A stretch of 32,000 bases of DNA from Geotalea uraniireducens Rf4 (lineage in GTDB: Bacteria; Desulfobacterota; Desulfuromonadia; Geobacterales; Geobacteraceae), in assembly GCF_000016745.1 (NCBI RefSeq), contig NC_009483.1, forward strand, positions 2,610,001-2,642,000. Reading direction: 5' to 3'. How positions within the stretch are numbered: position 1 is the first letter of the stretch; each line of letters opens with the position of its first letter. Positions 8,886-16,725 of the stretch are shown here, one piece after another. The position numbers were made by a program, and so were the translations under genes. The notes under the pieces were generated by a model. It was not told the DNA's origin and did no database searches. It saw only the letters and a program-made list of their open reading frames with translations.

Positions 8886-8920
8886 TAAACAAAAAGGGAC
8901 AGCCTAAAAAGGCTATCCCT
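8886..8920 (-). terminator. Rho-independent terminator of the tRNA operon
   Basis: Minus-sense AGGGAUAGCC-UUUUUA-GGCUGUCCCU followed by UUUUU. It lies 14 nt after the tRNA-Leu 3' end. Confidence 0.7.
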
Positions 8921-8933
8921 TTGATTTACTTGA

Positions 8934-9018
8934 TGGTGCGAGATGGGAGACTTGAACTCCCACGAGTTACCCCGCCAGATCCTAAGTCTGGTGCGTCTGC
9001 CAATTCCGCCAATCTCGC
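8934..9018 (-). tRNA. tRNA-Leu (anticodon TAG), CCA encoded, long variable arm
   Basis: Hand-folded: acceptor GCGAGAT/ATCTCGC, anticodon stem CCAGA/TCTGG with loop CTTAGGA, T-loop GTTCAAGTC. Confidence 0.9.
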
Positions 9019-9072
9019 AAGTTTGGTGCATATAACAACAAACCCCGCTTATCACGGGGCTTTGATTTTAAT

Positions 9073-9149
9073 TGGGGTGGCTAGTGGGATTCGAACCCAC
9101 GTATGAACGAGTCACAGTCGTTTGTGTTAACCGCTTCACCATAGCCACC
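9073..9149 (-). tRNA. tRNA-His (anticodon GTG) with G-1, CCA encoded
   Basis: G-1 plus GTGGCTA.../TAGCCAC-C-CCA. Anticodon stem AACGA/TCGTT with loop CTGTGAC. T-arm GGGTTCGAATCCC. Confidence 0.9.
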
Positions 9150-9161
9150 ATATTTGGGAAA

Positions 9162-9238
<77 letters not shown>

Positions 9239-9245
9239 ACAAAAA

Positions 9246-9323
9246 TGGTCGGGGTGAGAGGATTCGAACCTCCGGCCCCCTGCTCCCAAGGCAGGTGCGC
9301 TAGCCAGGCTGCGCTACACCCCG
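9246..9323 (-). tRNA. tRNA-Pro (anticodon TGG), CCA encoded
   Basis: Acceptor CGGGGTG/CACCCCG. Anticodon stem CCTGC/GCAGG with loop CTTGGGA. T-loop TTCGAAT. Confidence 0.9.
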
Positions 9324-9335
9324 ATAAAGATAACT

Positions 9336-9364
9336 CTTATAGCACAGGACCAAACCGGCCGCAA
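9336..9364 (-). promoter_or_regulatory. candidate sigma70-type promoter of the tRNA operon
   Basis: Minus strand reads TTGCGG-17 nt-TATAAG, with an A/T-rich upstream tract. The -10 ends 12 nt before the tRNA-Pro 5' end. Confidence 0.45.
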
Positions 9365-9381
9365 GCTTTTTTACATTTGAA

Positions 9382-9993
9382 TCAATTTATTTTTTTATCG
9401 GACCGTCCCAGGAATGCCTTCAACATAGCCAACGCCTTCCCCCTGTGACTGATCCTGTTCTTGATCGCCATCGGTAGCTCGGCAAGGGTTTGGCCGAATT
9501 CCGGCACGAGAAAGTACGGGTCGTAACCGAAACCACCCTCCCCCCGCAACGTTTCGAGGATGAGCCCCCGCAGTTCGCCGTCAAAGGTGTGGCAGGTGCC
9601 GTCCGGCCAACAAAGGGCTATGACGCAGTGAAAGGCTGCCGTGCGTTTCTCCTGCGGCACCCCTGCCAGCTCCCGCACAAGCTTGGCGTTGTTGTCTCCG
9701 TCGTCGGCCGCTTCTCCGGCAAACCGGGCGGAATAGACCCCGGGGCGGCCACCAAGGGCATCGACCACCAGGCCGGAATCATCCGCTATTACCGGCAGGC
9801 CGGTGGCCTCAGCCGCAGCCCGTGCTTTTTTTACGGCATTTTCGGCAAAGGTCTCCCCATCCTCCACAACTACCGGGAATTGGGAAAAATCGGCCGGCGA
9901 GAGAAGCCTTTCGACGCTTTGCCGCAACAGCTCTTCGATTTCGCGCAGTTTTCCTTTGTTACCGCTGGCAACTACGAGCTCTTTCATTGGCAA
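9382..9993 (-). CDS. rdgB: non-canonical purine NTP pyrophosphatase (RdgB/HAM1 family)
   Basis: 203-aa ORF with a typical N-terminus ([13 protein letters not shown]) and the FGYDP motif. It overlaps the rph stop by 10 nt. Confidence 0.9.
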   Translation of the reverse strand: MPMKELVVASGNKGKLREIEELLRQSVERLLSPADFSQFPVVVEDGETFAENAVKKARAAAEATGLPVIADDSGLVVDALGGRPGVYSARFAGEAADDGDNNAKLVRELAGVPQEKRTAAFHCVIALCWPDGTCHTFDGELRGLILETLRGEGGFGYDPYFLVPEFGQTLAELPMAIKNRISHRGKALAMLKAFLGRSDKKIN

Positions 9994-10700
9994 AGGGCCT
10001 CTTTCTGGATCTGGAACAGCCTTTTAATGCCGGAAATCGCCAGGTCGCGCATGGCATCCATCTGCTCGACGGTGAACGGCTCCGCCTCGGCGGTCCCCTG
10101 TACCTCGACGAAACGGTTCGAGGAGGTCATGACGAAGTTCATGTCCACCTCTGCAGACGAGTCTTCCACATAGTTAAGGTCAAGGAGCGGCGTCCCATCG
10201 ACTATGCCGACACTGACGGCAGCAACGGCCTCCTTGAGAGGCATTGCCGCCAGCTCCCCTTTTTTTACGAGTCCATCCAGTGCATCGTAAAGCGCCACGT
10301 ACGCCCCGGTGATGGAGGCGGTACGGGTCCCACCGTCGGCCTGGATCACGTCGCAGTCGATGAGCACGCTCCGCTCCCCGAGCAGGTTCATGTCCATAAC
10401 GGCGCGCAGGGAACGGCCGATGAGGCGCTGGATCTCATGGGTGCGCCCCCCCACCTTCCCCTTTGAAGATTCCCGATGCGAGCGGGTATGAGTGGCACGC
10501 GGCAGCATGGAATATTCCGCCGTCACCCAACCGGTCCCCTTGCCGCGCAGAAACGGCGGCACGGAACCCTCGACCGATGCGGTACATATTACCTTGGTAT
10601 CGCCGAATTCTATGAGCACCGAACCTTCCGCATGCTTGAGGTAATTTCTGGTTATCTTCACTTCTCTGAGGCTCTCAGCCCCGCGGCCATCAAAACGCAT
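9984..10700 (-). CDS. rph: ribonuclease PH
   Basis: 238-aa ORF starting [44 protein letters not shown], with the [18 protein letters not shown] signature. An AAGGAG SD is present. Confidence 0.95.
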   Translation of the reverse strand: MRFDGRGAESLREVKITRNYLKHAEGSVLIEFGDTKVICTASVEGSVPPFLRGKGTGWVTAEYSMLPRATHTRSHRESSKGKVGGRTHEIQRLIGRSLRAVMDMNLLGERSVLIDCDVIQADGGTRTASITGAYVALYDALDGLVKKGELAAMPLKEAVAAVSVGIVDGTPLLDLNYVEDSSAEVDMNFVMTSSNRFVEVQGTAEAEPFTVEQMDAMRDLAISGIKRLFQIQKEALCQ

Positions 10701-10725
10701 AATACTCCTTTTGGATTGAAAATCC

Positions 10726-10835
10726 GTGAGTAGTGAGCAGTAAGTAGTGAGCTGTAAGACTTAACGACTCACTGCTCACTGCTCACGACTCACTGCTCAC
10801 GACTCACAACTTACTACTTACTACTTACTACTCAC
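10726..10835. repeat. inverted arrays of heptamers: 5 x GTRAGNN, TTAAC spacer, 10 x NNCTYAC
   Basis: Units counted base by base with strict 7-nt phase. The two arms are complementary in several registers, giving a stem of up to about 35 bp. Confidence 0.9.
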
Positions 10836-10842
10836 GGCTTTT

Positions 10843-12090
10843 TCAGATATCGGATTGGGGCTTTGACCGCAGAACCGGGATATAGTATACCTTGCCGCGG
10901 CCGGCATCGTTGCGCCGATCGTAAATACGCTTGGCAAAGGAGAACGGCGTTCCGTCCCCCCACCAGTTGCCCATTGCCTTGAAATCTTCGGTTCCGGCGT
11001 TATAGAGGTCGTACTCGCCATTGGCGGCAAAGGTGTTCCCCCAGGCAACCCCCTTGCCGTCTTCCACCCGCAAACCGATCTTGCCGTTTTGTGCAATCTC
11101 GTTGCCGGTCACTTTTACTCGCGATTTTGCCAGTGAAAGACCGTAATCGGTGTTTTTCAGAATCCGGTTGGCGGAAACCGTCCCTTCGCACTGGGAAAGG
11201 CTGATGCCGCTACCGTTGACACTGAAGCTGTTGCCGATGATCCTGACCCGCGAACTCTCAACTTTCAAGGCTTCCTGGTCATTGCCGTAAAACGTTGCCC
11301 CCCCCAGGTAGAGGGAAGTTTTAACCGCGACTACAGCCTGGCGGTTGCCGGAAAAATTGCTGTCGCGCAGATCGACTTCACTTTCCAGCAGATTCAGTCC
11401 GACCGCGCAGCTACTCGCCCCACCGCCCGATATGGTCGCCAGGCAATCCTGAATCCGGGCACCGGTGCCGCACGTGGCAAACAGCACATTTTTCATGGTT
11501 ATTGTGGAAAAGAGCGCTTCGATGCCGGTTTCGGCGCCGGCTATGCGGCAGTTTTCCAGGAGATTTTTCTTTTCGCTGGCCATTATGACGATCCCCTGCC
11601 AGTCACCGGGCTGTGGTTCGGCAAAGTTCGAGGTGAACAGCACCGGTTTTTCCGCCCCTCCAAAAGCCAGTATCCGTCCATGAACGAGCAGGAGAGGATT
11701 GTCGCCACCCTCTTCATCCGTGCGTCTGAACCTGACTACAGTCCCCGGTTCGATCGTCAGGGTAGACTGGGTGGCAATGGTCACGCCACCCTCTATCAGT
11801 ATTTCGCCGCGCCAGACGACGTCTTCGGTAATGGTCTGGTTACGGTAGGAACGATCGGCGCTTCCCGGCAGAACAGCCCGTTTTTGCGAATCCTTCGGGC
11901 TGCCTTGCGCAGTTGCGGGCTTATCAAGAGGACGAACGGCAACATCCCCTGATGGAACCGTCTGCACCGGTGGTGCAGATTTTTCCCCGGACATATCGGA
12001 GACAGCCATAACACCTGCGGGAAACGACATAGCAAAACTGATCACAGCAAGCCCGAAGGCACAAATCTTTTTCAGCATCATTACGGACAT
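10843..12090 (-). CDS. secreted right-handed parallel beta-helix repeat protein (NosD/pectin-lyase-fold-like)
   Basis: 415-aa ORF with a signal peptide (AFGLAVISFAMSFPAGVMA) and repeated G-N-x-hydrophobic beta-helix rungs. The exact start is uncertain because no clear SD is visible. Confidence 0.7.
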   Translation of the reverse strand: MSVMMLKKICAFGLAVISFAMSFPAGVMAVSDMSGEKSAPPVQTVPSGDVAVRPLDKPATAQGSPKDSQKRAVLPGSADRSYRNQTITEDVVWRGEILIEGGVTIATQSTLTIEPGTVVRFRRTDEEGGDNPLLLVHGRILAFGGAEKPVLFTSNFAEPQPGDWQGIVIMASEKKNLLENCRIAGAETGIEALFSTITMKNVLFATCGTGARIQDCLATISGGGASSCAVGLNLLESEVDLRDSNFSGNRQAVVAVKTSLYLGGATFYGNDQEALKVESSRVRIIGNSFSVNGSGISLSQCEGTVSANRILKNTDYGLSLAKSRVKVTGNEIAQNGKIGLRVEDGKGVAWGNTFAANGEYDLYNAGTEDFKAMGNWWGDGTPFSFAKRIYDRRNDAGRGKVYYIPVLRSKPQSDI

Positions 12091-12104
12091 AGGGCAACGC
12101 GGCC

Positions 12105-13166
12105 TTAATCCACCGCATCCTCCTTGTTGAAATATACCTTATTCTTTCCGAAAACCTTTGCCTGATAGAGCAAACTGTCAACCTTGTTGAAGAGATCTTC
12201 CCGTTTGACGGCATCATTCGGATAACAGGCGACCCCCACGCTTACCGTGACCCCGAAATCGGAGATCCCTTTCAACTTGGCCGTCGTCTCCTGCGTAATA
12301 CTTTCGCGAAGCCGTTCAGCAACCTGCACGGCGCTTTCGAGCTTCGTTTCGGGGAGAAGCACGACAAACTCTTCACCACCATAGCGGAAGGCATGGTCAA
12401 CGCCCCGCAGGGTTCCGGTTATGATTTCTCCAATGGAAGCCAACACCAGATCGCCGGTGGAATGGCCGAACTTGTCGTTGAACTTCTTGAAATCGTCCAC
12501 ATCGAGCATGATTATGGAAAGATTTTTTCGATAACGCTTTGCCCTTCCCAGTTCCTGATTGAAAAGCTGATGAAAGTAACGGTGATTGTATAACCCGGTC
12601 AAGGCATCGGTAATGGCAAGGATTTTCGTCCTTTGGTGCAGTTTGGCGTTGTATATGGCCATAGCCGCAAAGGAAGCCAGCACCGAGAGGAGGTTCATCT
12701 TTTCCCGGTCGAACTTGCGCGGGACGAAATCGTCCAGGTACAGCACGCCCATAACTCTGTTGTGCAGGAGGAGAGGGACGCAGACCAGCGATCGGATACC
12801 TTCCTTGATGGCGATGGGATTATTGAAGTACGGAATTTTGGCGGTATCTTCAACGAAAAAAATTTCTCCGGCCTTAAGCACCTGCTCGGTGAGGCCGCCA
12901 GGGGAGGCATCCCATCGTTCCTTTTTAATAAAATCAGCCGTCAACCCCGAATGGGCATGGAGGGAAAACTCATTTTTCTTATCGTCGTAGAGGGCCACAC
13001 TTCCAGCCGGTGTGGAGGCAAAACGCATGGCGCTGGTCAGGATAGCCTGAAGCACCGTATCAAGGTCAAGTGTTGAAACAACCGCCTTCGCAACCTCGAT
13101 GAGATCCTTGAGGGCTTTTACCTGGGCTTCGAGGGATTCCTTGCAGCAGTCATCGGTTTGAGACAT
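12105..13166 (-). CDS. GAF domain-containing diguanylate cyclase (GGDEF)
   Basis: 353-aa ORF with an N-terminal GAF-like region. The C-terminal part has an RYGGEEF active site and an RxxD I-site (RGVD) five residues upstream. Confidence 0.9.
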   Translation of the reverse strand: MSQTDDCCKESLEAQVKALKDLIEVAKAVVSTLDLDTVLQAILTSAMRFASTPAGSVALYDDKKNEFSLHAHSGLTADFIKKERWDASPGGLTEQVLKAGEIFFVEDTAKIPYFNNPIAIKEGIRSLVCVPLLLHNRVMGVLYLDDFVPRKFDREKMNLLSVLASFAAMAIYNAKLHQRTKILAITDALTGLYNHRYFHQLFNQELGRAKRYRKNLSIIMLDVDDFKKFNDKFGHSTGDLVLASIGEIITGTLRGVDHAFRYGGEEFVVLLPETKLESAVQVAERLRESITQETTAKLKGISDFGVTVSVGVACYPNDAVKREDLFNKVDSLLYQAKVFGKNKVYFNKEDAVD

Positions 13167-13300
13167 AAGAACTCCGGCAAAAATAATCGTTAACCATTAT
13201 CACAATCAGCCGCTATTGTAAATTAATACTCATACCATTTCCACCTCTTACGTCACATCTGGCGTCTAATCAACTGGTTACAATTTTAATCTATATTCGC

Positions 13301-13352
13301 TTGACAGGCCATACATGTTGTGGTTTATTTCATCGCACGCCACAAAATGTGG
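13301..13352 (+). promoter_or_regulatory. candidate nrdJ promoter (TTGACA-17-TTTATT) with two CCAYA...TGTGG palindromes
   Basis: TTGACA at 13301-13306 and TTTATT at 13324-13329. Palindromes are CCATACATGTTGTGG (13309-13323) and CCACAAAATGTGG (13340-13352). Confidence 0.3.
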
Positions 13353-13407
13353 TATTACATTCAGCGACAACCATGCAATTTAATTTTATCAAGGAGAACA
13401 GAACGTT

Positions 13408-15636
13408 ATGAAAAAAACCACCAAGGGAACCATCCCCGGCTTGTCGAAAAACGCCCTGACCGTCCTGGAAAAGCGCTACCTGAAGCGGGACAAGGAAGGT
13501 AAAGTGCTGGAAACTCCGGTCGATATGTTTCGCCGCGTTGCCGAATCCATTGCCGTTGCCAATGCAAGGTTCGATCAAAAGGCCGATCTTGCGGCCCTTG
13601 CCGATAAGTTTTACGCCATGATGACCGCGTTTGAATTCCTCCCCAACTCGCCTACACTTATGAACGCAGGACGAGAACTGGGTCAGCTCTCCGCCTGCTT
13701 TGTCCTGCCGGTCGGGGACTCCATGGAAGAGATCTTCGAAGCGGTCAAATATACGGCCCTCATCCACAAATCAGGCGGCGGCACCGGCTTCTCCTTCTCC
13801 CGTCTCCGCCCGGCCAACGACGTGGTCATGTCCACCACCGGCATTTCCAGCGGTCCCCTCTCCTTCATGCGGGTCTTCGATGTGGCAACGGAAACCATCA
13901 AGCAGGGGGGTACCCGGCGCGGCGCCAATATGGGGATACTCCGCGTCGATCACCCGGACATCATGGACTTCATCATGTGCAAGGCCGACCAGAGGCAGCT
14001 CAACAACTTCAATATCTCGGTCGGCATCACGGAAGCGTTCATGAAAGCAGTCGACGCAGACACCGATTATAACATCGTCAACCCCCGCAGCGGAGAAAAA
14101 GCCGGCATACTCAACGCCCGCAAGGTGTTCAACCGCATCGTCAAGCAGGCGTGGGAGAACGGCGAGCCCGGCATCATCTTCCTCGACCGCCTCAACAAGG
14201 ACAACCCGACCCCGCACATCGGCGAGATCGAATCGACCAACCCCTGCGGCGAGCAACCGCTCCTCCCCTACGAATCCTGCAACCTCGGCTCCATCAACCT
14301 GGGGAAGATGGTGCAGAACGGCGAAGTGAACTGGGAACGGCTCAAAGAGGTCATCCAGCTGGCAGTCAATTTCCTCGATAACGTCATCGAGGTCAACAAT
14401 TACCCGCTGGAGCAGATCGACACCATGACCCGCAGCAACCGCAAGATCGGCCTCGGCGTCATGGGATGGGCAGACATGCTGATCCTGCTCGGCATCCCCT
14501 ACAACTCAATGAAAGCCATCGAGCTGGGGGAAAAGGTGATGAAGTTCATCAACGACGAAGGGCATGCCGCCTCCGTCGAGCTGGCCAAAACCCGCGGCAC
14601 CTTCCCCAACTTCAAGGGCTCCGTCTTCGATGCGCCGGGCAAGGGACCGATCAGGAACGCCACCGTCACCACCATTGCCCCGACCGGCACCATATCCATC
14701 ATCGCCAATGCCTCATCGGGCGTGGAGCCGCTCTTCGCCGTCTCCTTCGTCCGCCAGGTCATGGACAAGAACATCCTCCTGGAAGTCAACCCGATCTTCG
14801 AAGAGATCGCCAAGGCACAGGGTTTCTATTCGGAAGAGCTCATGAAGAAGATTGCCGAGCACGGCACGGTTCACGATATCCCGGAAATTCCAGAAGCGGT
14901 CCGCAACATATTCGTCACCGCCCACGACATCACCCCGGAAGTCCACATAGCCATGCAGGCGGCCTTCCAGAAATATACCGACAACGCCGTCAGCAAAACG
15001 GTCAACTTCCCCAACAGCGCCACCTTTGAAGACGTGGAAAAGGTCTACCGCCTCGCCTACGAGTCGAACTGCAAAGGGGTGACCATCTACCGCGACGGCT
15101 CCAGGGACGAGCAGGTGCTCTCCACCGGCAAGAAAGAGGAAACGCCCCAGGTCCACCCGACGGGCGAAGAGAAACGGTCGCACAAGCGGGAACGCCCCAA
15201 GGCTCTCAAAGGCTGGACCTACCAGATGCAGACCGGCTGCGGCCCGCTCTACGTAACGGTCAACGAAGACAACAGCGGCCTGTTCGAACTGTTCACCACC
15301 ATGGGCAAAGCCGGCGGCTGCGCCGCCTCCCAGAGCGAGGCCATCGGCCGGATGGTGTCGCTGGCATGGCGGAGCGGCATCCAGGCGCGCCAGGTAATCA
15401 AACAGCTCCTCGGCATCTCCTGCCACTGCCCGGCAGGCTTCGGGGAGAACAAGGTCCTCTCCTGCGCCGACGCAGTCGCCAAGGCGATCCAGTCCCACAT
15501 GCAGGTCATGGGGATCGACATGGGGATCGAGCAAGCCGCCTTCGAACGGGGCGCCTGTCCCGAGTGCGGCGGCGTGGTCGAGCATGAGGGAGGCTGCGCG
15601 GTTTGCCGGGTGTGCGGCTATAGCGAGTGTGCTTAA
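13408..15636 (+). CDS. nrdJ: adenosylcobalamin-dependent (class II) ribonucleotide reductase
   Basis: 742-aa ORF with NPCGEQPLLPYESCNLGSINL and TIAPTGTISIIA motifs, and a C-terminal CxxC...CxxC zinc ribbon. Confidence 0.92.
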   Translation: MKKTTKGTIPGLSKNALTVLEKRYLKRDKEGKVLETPVDMFRRVAESIAVANARFDQKADLAALADKFYAMMTAFEFLPNSPTLMNAGRELGQLSACFVLPVGDSMEEIFEAVKYTALIHKSGGGTGFSFSRLRPANDVVMSTTGISSGPLSFMRVFDVATETIKQGGTRRGANMGILRVDHPDIMDFIMCKADQRQLNNFNISVGITEAFMKAVDADTDYNIVNPRSGEKAGILNARKVFNRIVKQAWENGEPGIIFLDRLNKDNPTPHIGEIESTNPCGEQPLLPYESCNLGSINLGKMVQNGEVNWERLKEVIQLAVNFLDNVIEVNNYPLEQIDTMTRSNRKIGLGVMGWADMLILLGIPYNSMKAIELGEKVMKFINDEGHAASVELAKTRGTFPNFKGSVFDAPGKGPIRNATVTTIAPTGTISIIANASSGVEPLFAVSFVRQVMDKNILLEVNPIFEEIAKAQGFYSEELMKKIAEHGTVHDIPEIPEAVRNIFVTAHDITPEVHIAMQAAFQKYTDNAVSKTVNFPNSATFEDVEKVYRLAYESNCKGVTIYRDGSRDEQVLSTGKKEETPQVHPTGEEKRSHKRERPKALKGWTYQMQTGCGPLYVTVNEDNSGLFELFTTMGKAGGCAASQSEAIGRMVSLAWRSGIQARQVIKQLLGISCHCPAGFGENKVLSCADAVAKAIQSHMQVMGIDMGIEQAAFERGACPECGGVVEHEGGCAVCRVCGYSECA

Positions 15637-15656
15637 AGTTGATATGTGATGTAATT

Positions 15657-15688
15657 GGAAGGCCTGCTGAGAAGCAGGCCTTTTTTCT
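15657..15688 (+). terminator. Rho-independent terminator of nrdJ
   Basis: Stem AAGGCCTGCT-GAGA-AGCAGGCCTT followed by TTTTT. Confidence 0.8.
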
Positions 15689-15721
15689 TGCTTGATTCAG
15701 GATTAACCGGCACCAAACATG

Positions 15722-15832
15722 GTAGGGGCGCATGGCATGCGCCCTATAGGCATGAGCCCTATAGACATACACCCTGATTGCAGCCCAGATTACGCCGGTT
15801 CTGAAACCGGGCGCACGGCCGTGCGCCCCTAC
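15722..15832 (+). repeat. double-palindrome module, copy A (REP-like), immediately upstream of the Y1-transposase start
   Basis: Contains TAGGGGCGCATGGCATGCGCCCTA and the perfect 20-bp palindrome GGGCGCACGGCCGTGCGCCC. It aligns with 16116-16212, with 6 mismatches in about 96 aligned nt plus a 15-nt insertion and a 1-nt deletion. Confidence 0.9.
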
Positions 15833-15836
15833 GGAT

Positions 15837-16460
15837 ATGACCATGACATACAACCCAGACGTTCACCACCGACAATCAATCCGCCTGCGATCATATGATT
15901 ACCGCTTGTCCGGGGCGTATTTCATCACCGTATGTATCTTTCAGAGAGAACCGATCCTGGCGGAGATCGTCGACGGAGCGGCGCGACTGACGCCGTTGGG
16001 GGAGGTAGTTCGTGAGGAATGGCTCAGGTCGGGACAAATTCGGCAGGAAATCGAGTTGGACGAATATGTCGTGATGCCGAACCATTTGCACGGCATTGTT
16101 TTTATCCGTGACAACGTAGGGGCGCATGGCATGCGCCCTGGAGGCATGCACCCTGATTGCACCCCTGATTACGCCGATTCCGAAAACCGGGCGCACGGCC
16201 GTGCGCCCCTACACCGGTCACCGAAATCCCTCGGGGCGTTGATCGCCGGGTTCAAATCCGCCTGCACGAAACGGACCAACGAAATGCGCGCCACACCGGG
16301 GCTTCCAATATGGCAGCGAAACTATCACGAGCGGATCATCCGCAACGACGAAGAACTACACGCCCTGCGTGACTACATCTACAACAACCCGGCACGTTGG
16401 GAGAATGACAGCGAACATCCGGCGCGGAACATGGATGCGGCAGGCAACGCGCCACACTGA
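15837..16460 (+). CDS. IS200-like Y1 (HUH) transposase family protein, REP-associated tyrosine transposase (RAYT)-like
   Basis: 207-aa ORF. The N-terminus YNPDVHHRQSIRLRSYDYRLSGAYFITVC, the HUH motif VVMPNHLHGIV, WQRNYHERIIRN and the C-terminal DYIYNNPARW are typical of the COG1943 family. Confidence 0.8.
   Translation: MTMTYNPDVHHRQSIRLRSYDYRLSGAYFITVCIFQREPILAEIVDGAARLTPLGEVVREEWLRSGQIRQEIELDEYVVMPNHLHGIVFIRDNVGAHGMRPGGMHPDCTPDYADSENRAHGRAPLHRSPKSLGALIAGFKSACTKRTNEMRATPGLPIWQRNYHERIIRNDEELHALRDYIYNNPARWENDSEHPARNMDAAGNAPH
16116..16212 (+). repeat. double-palindrome module, copy B, inside the Y1-transposase ORF (encodes VGAHGMRPGGMHPDCTPDYADSENRAHGRAPLH)
   Basis: It carries the same two palindromes as copy A and is read in frame, between the HUH motif and the C-terminal Tyr region. 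Confidence 0.9.
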
Positions 16461-16492
16461 GCAGTCCAATAATTGCCACTAAGGGGATCAGA

Positions 16493-16723
16493 ATGGGAAA
16501 AGCTCTTAAACCTGCACGAGCGGTAGCACCGGGAAGGATTCTGATGTGGGAACTGAAAGCCCGCTGCTGGACCCAGAAAGACCTGGACCAGATCATGGGA
16601 CAACCACCTCGGACGATCAACGAAATCGTCAAGGGGACCAAGCAAATTACCCCGGAGACCGCGCTGGAACTTGCCGAGACCTTCGGAACCTCCGCCGAGT
16701 TCTGGACCAATCTGGAGGTATAA
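16493..16723 (+). CDS. HigA/VapI-type XRE-family HTH antitoxin-like protein, apparently C-terminally truncated
   Basis: 76 aa: PGRILMWELKARCWTQKDLDQIMGQPPRTINEIVKGTKQITPETALELAETFGTSAEFWTNLEV, then stop. It ends inside the conserved FW.NLQ..YDL segment. Confidence 0.6.
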   Translation: MGKALKPARAVAPGRILMWELKARCWTQKDLDQIMGQPPRTINEIVKGTKQITPETALELAETFGTSAEFWTNLEV

Positions 16724-16725
16724 TA

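Noticed and set aside
10726-10835. GTRAGT units as intron 5' splice-site-like or group II intron signals
   Set aside because: There are no intron domain structures and no intron-encoded ORF. The motif is simply the repeat unit of a heptamer array and its complement.
13167-13407. Cobalamin riboswitch or canonical NrdR boxes upstream of the B12-dependent RNR
   Set aside because: The leader after the candidate promoter is under about 80 nt, far too short for a B12 riboswitch, and I could not find a B12-box-like core. The two palindromes present have half-site spacing that does not match the 16-bp NrdR box. They are reported only as unassigned palindromes.
13320-15587. Numerous alternative-frame and antisense ORFs within nrdJ (for example 13330-13767, 13771-14256 and 14713-15585)
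   Set aside because: They are typical GC-rich shadow ORFs. The nrdJ frame carries the conserved class II RNR motifs over its whole length.
15506-15853. Minus-strand ORF (115 aa) rich in VGAHGRAP / RAHAYRAHAMRPY
   Set aside because: It is created by reading the palindromic repeat module (copy A) on the opposite strand, and it overlaps the nrdJ 3' end and terminator. It is an artefact of the palindromes.
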